In this document: positions 17,991-26,448 of the stretch, in pieces | Numbering within the stretch: the first letter of the stretch is position 1 | Layout: each line of letters starts with the position of its first letter | Origin: a virus | Taxonomy: Duplodnaviria; Caudoviricetes | DNA length: 35,908 nucleotides | Virus record (IMG/VR): IMGVR_UViG_3300021966_000007 | Span: 1-35,908 of that record | Strand: one strand, 5' to 3' | The notes under the pieces: model-generated | What the model saw: the letters and a program-made list of their open reading frames with translations, nothing else | Databases searched by the model: none | Told to the model about the DNA's origin: nothing | Position numbers and translations under genes: made by a program

Positions 17991-18410
17991 ATGACTGAAA
18001 TTAGAGTTTTGACAGGGTGGAGCAATGAAGAACGTAAAGAACTAGAAGATTTCAAAAACGCACGCTTTAATGCTGCAGATTGTATCAATACGATTTTTAG
18101 AAATTATGTAAATAGAGATGATACGGCGTTATCAGGAAAATATCATTTGACTGTAGGATTTAATGTTAACCAGTTAATTAAAGATATTGCGGATTACTTC
18201 ACTGGTGACGCTAAATTTCCTGACAAAAAATACTACGTGAAATTATTTAAGCAGACAGAAGGATATTTAAATTTTGATTCTTCTAACGAAGAATATATTT
18301 TATCCGGAAAACTGCAATGTGACGGCTATCAGACACAATTTACCGAGGAAGAAATTAATAGAGTTGATCCAAGATACATGAAGTTTGCTGTTGAAGTGGA
18401 GGCTGACTGA
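17991..18410 (+). CDS. DUF1642-like phage protein
   Basis: C-terminal KKYYVKL...YLN...QFTEEEI..DPRYMKFAVEV pattern. Confidence 0.65.
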   Translation: MTEIRVLTGWSNEERKELEDFKNARFNAADCINTIFRNYVNRDDTALSGKYHLTVGFNVNQLIKDIADYFTGDAKFPDKKYYVKLFKQTEGYLNFDSSNEEYILSGKLQCDGYQTQFTEEEINRVDPRYMKFAVEVEAD

Positions 18411-18607
18411 TGAAAATCTATCTAGCAACATTCGACGATGGCAGAGGCTGGCAACCAATGGAAAGAGCTATGTCAGCATCAAAGCAGCGATTATGTGCTT
18501 ATGACACCTACGACAGTGCAGCAAGAGCAATTAGAAATATTAAATATCGCTATAAAGATGGCACAGTGTTCAAAATAGTTACGTTTGGAGAGATTGAAAA
18601 TGGATAA
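18410..18607 (+). CDS. Hypothetical protein
   Basis: Coupled ORF with GGAGG RBS. Confidence 0.65.
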   Translation: MKIYLATFDDGRGWQPMERAMSASKQRLCAYDTYDSAARAIRNIKYRYKDGTVFKIVTFGEIENG

Positions 18608-18956
18608 AGAAAAACTATTAAATCTAATTGATGATTATTCAGATATTTCTTTTAATGCTGGATATGGAACCGATTCTCAATCGTTACACAAATTAGACGA
18701 TAAGTGGCAGGAGATTAAAGCAGAGATCAATTCAAAACCTATAATGCCAAAGCTATTTCTTAAATGGGATAACGAAATAAATAGTAATATTATCAACCGC
18801 CAATTATACGAGTTAGGTCGTGTCATGGGTGGGGAGACTAGGACACCAACAGAAAGAGAACTATTTAAATATCTAATTAACGATCCAAACAATTTTGCTA
18901 GATACATAAATTGTGTTCATGCAATTTGTAATGGAGATTATGAGGTAATCAAATGA
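18600..18956 (+). CDS. Hypothetical protein
   Basis: Overlapping ORF with GGAG RBS. Confidence 0.65.
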   Translation: MDKEKLLNLIDDYSDISFNAGYGTDSQSLHKLDDKWQEIKAEINSKPIMPKLFLKWDNEINSNIINRQLYELGRVMGGETRTPTERELFKYLINDPNNFARYINCVHAICNGDYEVIK

Positions 18957-19192
18957 TGAAACTAAAAAGACTTACTCCAATTCCGATGGAATCCATTTTA
19001 AATAATTATTGCAATATCAGAGACCAAATGAGAATAGATATTAGTGAAGAAGATAGAGATTATTTACTAAAACAGTTTGATATAGCAGATTGGGAAATTG
19101 ATGAAGTGTTAAGTGTGGCTGTTATCACAACACCAGTGGACGCTTTTAATAAGACAATTACACCAGCTATTTGGGAGGAAGACGATGAATAA
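18953..19192 (+). CDS. Hypothetical protein
   Basis: ATGA overlap and GAGG RBS. Confidence 0.65.
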   Translation: MMKLKRLTPIPMESILNNYCNIRDQMRIDISEEDRDYLLKQFDIADWEIDEVLSVAVITTPVDAFNKTITPAIWEEDDE

Positions 19193-19496
19193 ACGGCAAT
19201 TATGGAAACAAGTTAAAAGACGCGGAAAATTACATGATGTGTGTCAAAACAGAACAGTAATTTTAATTCCTATTGGAAACAAGAAGGCTCCAAAGATATT
19301 TGTCCAAAAAGATAAATTTGGAGATGTTAAAAATTACATTGGCAACAAATTGGCATCTAAACATGTTCTTCCTACAACAGTCGAATGGATTGATAGACCG
19401 TTAGAGCTTGAAACCGATATAGAACATACCACTGGAGGATTTAGAGACGTATTCAAAGCTTTATCTCATGCGTGGGGAATTGGTGAGGCTAGATAA
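19185..19496 (+). CDS. Hypothetical protein
   Basis: GGGAGG RBS then MNKRQLWK. Confidence 0.65.
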   Translation: MNKRQLWKQVKRRGKLHDVCQNRTVILIPIGNKKAPKIFVQKDKFGDVKNYIGNKLASKHVLPTTVEWIDRPLELETDIEHTTGGFRDVFKALSHAWGIGEAR

Positions 19497-19675
19497 TGAT
19501 GATATTGATAGTTATTGGTGTGATAATTGGAGCTCTTTTGTTCCTATTTGTTAATAGTGTACTTAATCAAAACGACATGTTAAAAGCTCAATCTAAATTA
19601 TTGATTGAACAAAACAACAAACTAAAAACTCAGAATACAGAATTCAAGAATTTCTTCACGGAGGTATTAAAATGA
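19496..19675 (+). CDS. Small membrane-anchored coiled-coil protein, 59 aa
   Basis: MMILIVIGVIIGALLFLFV...; coupled at both ends; read manually. Confidence 0.65.
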   Translation: MMILIVIGVIIGALLFLFVNSVLNQNDMLKAQSKLLIEQNNKLKTQNTEFKNFFTEVLK

Positions 19676-20043
19676 CACTAGATAATTTGGATCAGACAGC
19701 AAATATAGTTGCATCTATCCCAGGTAATATTGCTAACGTTACAGGTTCAAGTAGGACACAAGCTACGAGCAATGCCTATGATGAACGCTTTAAGCAAAAA
19801 TCCCCGGTAATCTACCGAAAGAGAAATACGGTAACAGCAGAGCAATTTGATGATTCTCGAAAGATGATTGCTAAGTATAATTTACTAAGTCGAAGATGGT
19901 CGGCAATCAAGATGTTAAAAACTCCACATGGCAGAGTTCCAGTTATTAATGGTGATTGGATAGTAACTGATCACAACGGAGATTATCACTTATATACAGA
20001 GGATAGCTTTCATAAGGAATATGAAGCGGTAGGGTGGCAATGA
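19672..20043 (+). CDS. Widespread phage protein family (YRK...AEQF...GDWIV...F.K.YE)
   Basis: Recognisable motif pattern in the C-terminal 80 aa; GGAGG RBS. Confidence 0.7.
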   Translation: MTLDNLDQTANIVASIPGNIANVTGSSRTQATSNAYDERFKQKSPVIYRKRNTVTAEQFDDSRKMIAKYNLLSRRWSAIKMLKTPHGRVPVINGDWIVTDHNGDYHLYTEDSFHKEYEAVGWQ

Positions 20044-20132
20044 TGGATAGAGTTATAAAGATTGTTACATCAGGTTGTCTATTGGCGATTATGACATCAT
20101 TAACGATTAAATTAATTATTTGGATATTTTAG
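20040..20132 (+). CDS. Hydrophobic peptide, 30 aa
   Basis: MMDRVIKIVTSGCLLAIMTSLTIKLIIWIF*; ATGA overlap; read manually. Confidence 0.5.
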   Translation: MMDRVIKIVTSGCLLAIMTSLTIKLIIWIF

Positions 20133-20190
20133 TAATCTAAATTAATAACAAAGAGGATTAATCAAATTAGATAAAAGGCAGGAGAAAATC

Positions 20191-20670
20191 ATGGGGGTTA
20201 TATTAATGGAATTAAAACTACCACAATTACCAGAAATCAATGAGAAGAAGACGATTGAGAATGTTAGAAAGTATTTTGAGAAGGAATATCCTGGCTACGT
20301 CGATCGCTCATCGTTAAGTTCAACATTAATTAAATCCCCAAGTTTTGACCCCGCCGGCGTTAGTTCAGCTGGTTCAAGGAATAGTCAGGATGATAAGGTT
20401 AACAGCTATCTATATGCTAATGAGATTGTAGCGGCAACTGTTCAATGTGTAAGAGAGATTCAAGAGCCATACAAGATTATATTGAACGTTGTTTATATCC
20501 GTAATGAGAGTAATAAGATGGCACAACAAGCTATTGGTTACCAATCAAGCCGGTACAGTGACTTGAAGAACACAGCATTCTTGAAGTTTGCTGCTAAGTT
20601 TCAACGTTTTCATGACTTAAATATCTATAATTCTCAAAAATCGGACACTTATCGGACACTTATCGGTTAG
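20191..20670 (+). CDS. ArpU-family late transcriptional regulator
   Basis: KTIENVRKYF, IKSPSFD and IGYQSSRYSDLKNTAFLKFA; last early gene before the packaging module. Confidence 0.88.
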   Translation: MGVILMELKLPQLPEINEKKTIENVRKYFEKEYPGYVDRSSLSSTLIKSPSFDPAGVSSAGSRNSQDDKVNSYLYANEIVAATVQCVREIQEPYKIILNVVYIRNESNKMAQQAIGYQSSRYSDLKNTAFLKFAAKFQRFHDLNIYNSQKSDTYRTLIG

Positions 20671-20718
20671 TTATCGGTCAATGTTCGGACACTTGTCGGA
20701 TATGTTAAGAGTTATATT
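20641..20718 (+). promoter_or_regulatory. Late promoter with six 11-bp-period activator repeats
   Basis: TCGG at 20641, 20652, 20663, 20674, 20685 and 20696 (unit TCGGACACTTA), then a TATATT -10 at 20713 with no canonical -35. Confidence 0.75.
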
Positions 20719-20896
20719 GGTATTGTCAGATGATATGGATAAGTAATTACTATTCAGTGATACTCTCACACTTCAACGAGAGCACAAATTTAGAAGGACA
20801 CTAATTAAACCGAACATATTTAGATAACCGTTTGGCAAACGTTAAATTGCCATGTAAAAACAACATTAGATAGGTGATGATAAAGCCTATTTATTC

Positions 20897-21008
20897 TGCG
20901 GGTGATGGGTCAAATAAGTAATCATATAAAATATTCCTTCATAAATTTTTTATACTCCCCATATTACAAGTTAAGCCAATTAACTGGGTTCGATTCCCAG
21001 TTCCCGCA
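20897..21008 (+). ncRNA. tRNA-like small RNA (acceptor stem and T-arm, atypical central region)
   Basis: 5' TGCGGG pairs with 3' CCCGCA; AACTGGG-TTCGATT-CCCAGTT T-arm; no recognisable D-arm or anticodon arm. Confidence 0.65.
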
Positions 21009-21157
21009 TAGGTTAGAGATATAAGCAAGAACTAGATGGCAATTAAGCCAATATGTACGTAGAAGGAACACTCAAATTTGAATATCGAATAACTTTGGAG
21101 GAATTTGATGATACGGGGGTATAATCCTAGTTATACGTTAAAGGGGGATTTAATAAA

Positions 21158-21547
21158 ATGAGTGAACAAGATGCATTCGATTTCGTTTATAACCTTCCAA
21201 GTGAAGAAGATATTCTTGAAAGAGTTAAGGGTAATTTTGTTTCGGCTGTTGAAGCTAGTGAAGAATTTGAAATCAATGAGCATTCACAAGTAGCATATAA
21301 CAATATCCAACAGGTAAAGAAGATTATTAATGGCGATAAAAAGAAATGCGAACTAATCAGGGCTAGAGAAAATATAGGTAAAAATGATGCCTATAAGAAT
21401 TATTATGAATATGTAAAAGAGTTGACTAATCATTTATCAGCAAACAAATTAAAGTATTCGATGATAACAATCGAGATAAGTGAAATTGAATCAACAACGT
21501 TAGACCTTTATCCAGACATTTATCATAAATATATAGATTTAAAATAA
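21158..21547 (+). CDS. Moron-like hypothetical protein
   Basis: TATAAT at 21120, AAGGGGG RBS, AT-rich, followed by its own terminator. Confidence 0.75.
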   Translation: MSEQDAFDFVYNLPSEEDILERVKGNFVSAVEASEEFEINEHSQVAYNNIQQVKKIINGDKKKCELIRARENIGKNDAYKNYYEYVKELTNHLSANKLKYSMITIEISEIESTTLDLYPDIYHKYIDLK

Positions 21548-21553
21548 ATTTGG

Positions 21554-21581
21554 AGATCAGTCAGATGACTGGTCTTTTTTT
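21554..21581 (+). terminator. Rho-independent terminator
   Basis: AGATCAGTC-AGAT-GACTGGTCT plus T-run. Confidence 0.8.
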
Positions 21582-21612
21582 ATGCTCAATTAAAGGGAGG
21601 CGGTGGTATGAC

Positions 21613-22110
21613 ATGAAAAAGTTGACAAGCAACCAAAGAAAGTTCGCTGATGAATATATTAAAACTGGTAATGCGACACGCTCATATTTAGCTGCTGGTT
21701 ATAAAGTTAGTGATACTGTTGCTGGCTCAAATGCTAATAGGCTGCTTAAAAATGCTAAGGTCAAGGAATATATTGACATTAAGCTTAAAGAAATCAGCAG
21801 TTCTAAGATAATGGACAGTGTGGAAGTTATGGAACGTTTAACAGCAATGGCAAGAGGAGAAACACCAGATTTCACGGTTGTTACTGTTAAAAAGGCTGAC
21901 ACAATTACGGTTGAGGGCGAGAAAAAGACTTATGACAAGGTTGTTTATAATGAGGAACCTAAGACAGTCATTACACCGACACACAATAGTGATAAAAACA
22001 AAGCACTTGAATTACTTGGAAGACGTTACTCACTCTTCACAGATAAGGTTGATCTAACACAAGGCGATATTAATATCACAATTGGGGAGTATGAAGAAGA
22101 TGGAGATTAA
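21613..22110 (+). CDS. terS: Terminase small subunit
   Basis: LTSNQRKFADEYIKTGNAT..AAGY and KALELLGRRY motifs; GGGAGG RBS. Confidence 0.93.
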   Translation: MKKLTSNQRKFADEYIKTGNATRSYLAAGYKVSDTVAGSNANRLLKNAKVKEYIDIKLKEISSSKIMDSVEVMERLTAMARGETPDFTVVTVKKADTITVEGEKKTYDKVVYNEEPKTVITPTHNSDKNKALELLGRRYSLFTDKVDLTQGDINITIGEYEEDGD

Positions 22111-23356
22111 TTTAAATTTCCCTAAACCTCAAAATGAATTTAATAAGCCGGTGTTTAACGTACTATACGATTACAACAGCTTTACTGAAATTTGGTACGG
22201 TGGCGCTTCTAGTGGTAAGTCTCATGGAGTTGTTCAAAAAGTGTTATTAAAGGCTTTAAAGAAGTGGAAACACCCGCGTAAGGTATTGTTTTTGCGTAAA
22301 ACTGGTACTTCCGTTAAGGATTCTATACTTGAAGATGTAAAAATACGTTTGAAAGAGTGGAAACTTTGGGACTATTGCCAATTTAACAAGACTAATTTCG
22401 AGATAACACTACCAAACGGAGCAATATTCCTATTTAAAGGGTTTGATGATCCAGAAAAGATTAAATCAATTAAGGCCGTTTCTGATGTTGTCATGGAAGA
22501 GGCAACCGAGTTCAATCAAGAAGATTACGAACAATTAAAATTACGTGTTCGTGATAAAAAATACCGTGACAAACAAATATTCTTGATGTTTAACCCAGTG
22601 TCTAAAGCCAATTGGATATACAAATATTTCTTTATTAGCAAACAACCGGACACAACGATACATCAGTCAGTTTATAAAGATAATCGTTTCCTAGATGAAA
22701 AGGTTAAAGCTAATATTGAACAGCTTAAAATTAACAATCCTGTCTGGTATCGAATATATGCGCTTGGTGAGTTCGCAACATTAGATAAGCTAATCTATCC
22801 TAACTATGATATACGCCGCTTAGATAAGGACAGTGAGGCGCTCAAAGGACTTCCTAGCATGTTCGGCCTCGACTTCGGTTATATTAACGATCCGTCGGCA
22901 TTCATATTCATTAAAGTTGACGAGGAAAACAGAAATATCTATTTCTTAGAGGAATATACAAAAAAAGGACTTCTTAATAATCAAATAGCTGATGTCATTA
23001 CTGATATGGGTTTCTCTAAAGAAGTGATAACGGCTGATGCTGCTGAAAAGAAATCTATTGATGAAATTAAACGTAACGGCATTCAAAGAATTAGAGCAGC
23101 AAAAAAAGGACCAGATTCAATTATCCAGGGGATCAACTTTCTTGAACAATTTCATTTCATAGTTGACGACCGTTGCAAGACACTAATTGAGGAATTGGAC
23201 AATTATACATGGGTCAAGGACAAGAAAACCAACGAATATACTAACAAGCCAGTAGACGCTTTTAACCACGTGTTGGATGCAACTAGATATGCTGTTGAAG
23301 CCATTAATGGTAAAGGTAAGATTCATGTTAAAACAAGCAGACAAAGTATTTTTTAG
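22100..23356 (+). CDS. terL: Terminase large subunit, PBSX family
   Basis: Walker A YGGASSGKS, Walker B VMEEA, FNP, GLDFG and NHVLDATRYA. Confidence 0.96.
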   Translation: MEINLNFPKPQNEFNKPVFNVLYDYNSFTEIWYGGASSGKSHGVVQKVLLKALKKWKHPRKVLFLRKTGTSVKDSILEDVKIRLKEWKLWDYCQFNKTNFEITLPNGAIFLFKGFDDPEKIKSIKAVSDVVMEEATEFNQEDYEQLKLRVRDKKYRDKQIFLMFNPVSKANWIYKYFFISKQPDTTIHQSVYKDNRFLDEKVKANIEQLKINNPVWYRIYALGEFATLDKLIYPNYDIRRLDKDSEALKGLPSMFGLDFGYINDPSAFIFIKVDEENRNIYFLEEYTKKGLLNNQIADVITDMGFSKEVITADAAEKKSIDEIKRNGIQRIRAAKKGPDSIIQGINFLEQFHFIVDDRCKTLIEELDNYTWVKDKKTNEYTNKPVDAFNHVLDATRYAVEAINGKGKIHVKTSRQSIF

Positions 23357-23369
23357 AGGAGGTTGTTGA

Positions 23370-24764
23370 ATGTCATTTTTTACAAATGGAAGTGTACTAG
23401 AAGAAAATGATTCTTTTATATTTCCTAAAGAATTAGAGATTGGGACTGATGATATTTCAGAATTCATTAACTATCACAAGCAATTTCTGGTTAATAAGTA
23501 TCAGAAAAAATTGAATGACTACAAGGGAATTGTTCCAAAGTATCATGATGACCCTAAAGCACTACTAAATAAAAACCATTTAATAATCGACATGCCAAAA
23601 TACCTGGTCGATACGTTAAATGGCTTTTTTGTTGGGATAGCACCAACTATCAAATTAGATGATAAGAATGCTAATAAGTCATTACAAGACTGGTTAAACG
23701 ATAATTCATTTGTGGATGATTTGAATGAGTTAGCAAAGCAGTCAAGTATCTATGGACGTTCTTATGTTCTTTGCTATCAAGATGAGGACAGTAATACAAA
23801 CATTGCTGTTGTCAGACCAACAAACGGATTTATGATTTACGATGATTCTATTAAACATAAGCCACTAGCTTTTATTAGATATGGTCATGATAAAGAAAAA
23901 AATATTGTCGGTACGATTTATTTTGGTAACAAATATCAAGAATTCAAAGATGATGGCAACGTTAGTATCATTGACGAACAGCAGCTAGTTTATCAGGGTC
24001 ACGTTCCAGCTGTTGAATTCTTTGATAATTCTGAAAGAACTGCAGTAACTGATGGTGTATCAACATTGATTGATGAACTGAATAAGCTATTGTCACAAAA
24101 AGCTGATGATATTGATTACTTCGCTGATGCCTATCTTGCTATTTTGGGCGCTGAATTACCCACCGATGAAATTGGCAACATTAAGCAAAGCCGTGTAATC
24201 AATCTATATGGTGGCGATTCAGACAAGATTGATATTAAATTCCTAGAGAAACCTAATGCAGATGAGACACAAGAACATGCTATTGATCGTGTCACTAATC
24301 TTATCTTTCAAATTTCAATGGTTGCTAACATCAATGATGAGGTGTTTGGCAATGCTACATCAGGACGTTCACTAGAGTACAAACTATTATCTATGCGCAA
24401 TCTTACATCAAACAAGGAACGCAAGTTTACAAAGCAATTGAGAGCCTTATTTAGCATAATTGGCAGTATTAATAACTTCGGAAATGTTGATTTGAGTAAG
24501 GATATTCAATTCCAATTTGTTCGTAATTTGCCTAATAACAACGCAGAAGAGGCTCAAACTGCTTCAACAATTAATGGCCTTGTTAGTGATGAAACAATGT
24601 TAAGCACACTATCTATTGTTAAAGATCCTGATGAAGAAATTAAGAAAATTGCCAGTGAGAATAAAGACAAGGCCAATCAAGCAAAGGATAACGCTGGTTT
24701 GAAGTATGATTATCAAATTGACGAGAATATTCCGAATAATAAAACTGATAACCAAGGTAAATAA
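23370..24764 (+). CDS. Portal protein, SPP1 gp6-like
   Basis: Follows terL; FGNATSGRSLEYKL and FVRNLP motifs. Confidence 0.93.
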   Translation: MSFFTNGSVLEENDSFIFPKELEIGTDDISEFINYHKQFLVNKYQKKLNDYKGIVPKYHDDPKALLNKNHLIIDMPKYLVDTLNGFFVGIAPTIKLDDKNANKSLQDWLNDNSFVDDLNELAKQSSIYGRSYVLCYQDEDSNTNIAVVRPTNGFMIYDDSIKHKPLAFIRYGHDKEKNIVGTIYFGNKYQEFKDDGNVSIIDEQQLVYQGHVPAVEFFDNSERTAVTDGVSTLIDELNKLLSQKADDIDYFADAYLAILGAELPTDEIGNIKQSRVINLYGGDSDKIDIKFLEKPNADETQEHAIDRVTNLIFQISMVANINDEVFGNATSGRSLEYKLLSMRNLTSNKERKFTKQLRALFSIIGSINNFGNVDLSKDIQFQFVRNLPNNNAEEAQTASTINGLVSDETMLSTLSIVKDPDEEIKKIASENKDKANQAKDNAGLKYDYQIDENIPNNKTDNQGK

Positions 24765-24766
24765 CC

Positions 24767-26254
24767 ATGATTAAAAAGCAAAATTATTGGGACAAGCGGG
24801 AAAAAGAATGGATTAATAGCCAGATTCGTAAAGATATGAACTTTGATAAGATAGTCGCTGCTAAGTATGACGAGTTAGAACTTCAATGTTATAAAGATAT
24901 TTCAAGTTTCTATACCAAGTATGCCAAAACTTCAAATATTACTTTTGAAGAGGCAAGAAAGCGTGTTGATTCAGCAGATATTGATGAGTTGAGTAAAGAA
25001 GCTGCAAGAATGGTTAAAGAGAAAGACTTCTCACAGTATGCTAACGACAGAATGAAACTCTATAATGCAACAATGAGAATCAATAGACAGTCTATGTTGG
25101 CTTCACAGCTCGGAATGGAATCCGCAAAGGTAACTAATGGTGTTGAAGGTGAACTACGTTCTAAGCTTGAAAATGATATATATGACGAGGCTAAGCGACA
25201 GGCTGGAATTTTAGCTAAGTCAGTTCCACCTAAAATAGATTTAAGAGTGAAGTCATTAGTTGATTCATCTTATCAAGGCGCTACATTCTCACAGCGATTA
25301 TGGACAAGCAATGATCAGTTAGTTAATAGACTTGGTGAAATTGTCAATCGTGGCTTAATTCAAGGAATGAACCCGACACAGTTATCAACTATGTTGAGAC
25401 CGTTGATTAAGGACAACGTTAAAAACGCTAAATATGTTGCTCAAAGGATTGCTAGAACAGAATCAACGAGGGTATCAACGCAGTATCGTAAGAGGCTATA
25501 CAAAGATGAGGGTTTTGATAAGGCTAAATGGATAGCAGAACCAACAGCATGTAAATTTTGTTTACCTGAGGATAGAAAGATATACGATCTTGACGATATT
25601 AATATCCCCATGCATCCAAACTGTCGTTGTTCATTTATTCCAGTTGTTAACATTGATAGTGGAAATGATTATTTAACAGCAAATCAACCCAAGAGAAAGT
25701 TATCTACAAATTCGCTTAGTGTTAACAATAAAATTGTAAATACTAAGAAATATCATGATAAGTTTTATTCCATAGGAATGTCGAAACTAGTTACCGAATC
25801 AGTTTATGTAAATTCAATTAAAATATTGAATCATAGAGGTGGTACGAATTATGAAGATCTATATGCCATTGATTCCAGAACCGGTGAGCCTATAGTAAAA
25901 CAAGATAAGCTATCTATTGATGGTAAGGTTGGCTTAACTCAAGAACAGTATGCCAACATTATTGATAATAGTAATGACGTTATTCTTATACATAATCATC
26001 CAAATAGTTCAAGACCATCCTATGAGGATATAAAAACGCTTTATACTGAAGACAAAGTTGATAAAAGTATCATAATATCTCATAATGGGTCAGTCCAAGC
26101 CATTGAACTGACAAAACGAAACTATGATATAGAAAGAATATACGATTATTGGTATAATAAGTTTAGAAAAGAAGGGCTTACAAGACAGGAATCTAACTTG
26201 AAAGCAACTGATAAAGTTTATGAATCGGGGGCGATTAACTATGTCAAAAAATAA
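24767..26254 (+). CDS. MuF (SPP1 gp7-like) minor capsid protein with C-terminal JAB/MPN domain
   Basis: RIARTE and PMHPNCRC MuF motifs; about 200-aa extension containing E...HNHP....PS..D. Confidence 0.88.
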   Translation: MIKKQNYWDKREKEWINSQIRKDMNFDKIVAAKYDELELQCYKDISSFYTKYAKTSNITFEEARKRVDSADIDELSKEAARMVKEKDFSQYANDRMKLYNATMRINRQSMLASQLGMESAKVTNGVEGELRSKLENDIYDEAKRQAGILAKSVPPKIDLRVKSLVDSSYQGATFSQRLWTSNDQLVNRLGEIVNRGLIQGMNPTQLSTMLRPLIKDNVKNAKYVAQRIARTESTRVSTQYRKRLYKDEGFDKAKWIAEPTACKFCLPEDRKIYDLDDINIPMHPNCRCSFIPVVNIDSGNDYLTANQPKRKLSTNSLSVNNKIVNTKKYHDKFYSIGMSKLVTESVYVNSIKILNHRGGTNYEDLYAIDSRTGEPIVKQDKLSIDGKVGLTQEQYANIIDNSNDVILIHNHPNSSRPSYEDIKTLYTEDKVDKSIIISHNGSVQAIELTKRNYDIERIYDYWYNKFRKEGLTRQESNLKATDKVYESGAINYVKK

Positions 26255-26405
26255 ATATAAATATATGGTTCAAGACGATACTAATAATCGTCCGTTAACC
26301 GAAAAAGAGAAACAACACATTAAAGAAATTGAATCACAACCTGGCTACTCGGAAAGAATGAAAGCTGCCGAAAAGGAAGCTAAGGAATTATTTAATTTAG
26401 AATAA
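26241..26405 (+). CDS. Small protein overlapping the MuF 3' end (candidate immunity/partner)
   Basis: GGGGG RBS, MSKNKYKYMVQDD..., 54 aa, followed by a terminator. Confidence 0.7.
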   Translation: MSKNKYKYMVQDDTNNRPLTEKEKQHIKEIESQPGYSERMKAAEKEAKELFNLE

Positions 26406-26416
26406 ATTTTAACTGT

Positions 26417-26448
26417 AAGCATTCAACAAAAGTTGAGTGCTTTTTTTG
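26417..26448 (+). terminator. Rho-independent terminator
   Basis: AAGCATTCAAC-AAAA-GTTGAGTGCTT plus T-run. Confidence 0.8.

Noticed and set aside
20641-20700. CRISPR-like or mini-array repeat
   Set aside because: The units are contiguous 11-mers with no spacers; this fits an activator binding array.
20897-21008. Canonical tRNA gene
   Set aside because: Only the acceptor stem and T-arm are recognisable. There is no D-arm or anticodon stem-loop and the length is about 112 nt, so it is reported as a tRNA-like ncRNA instead.
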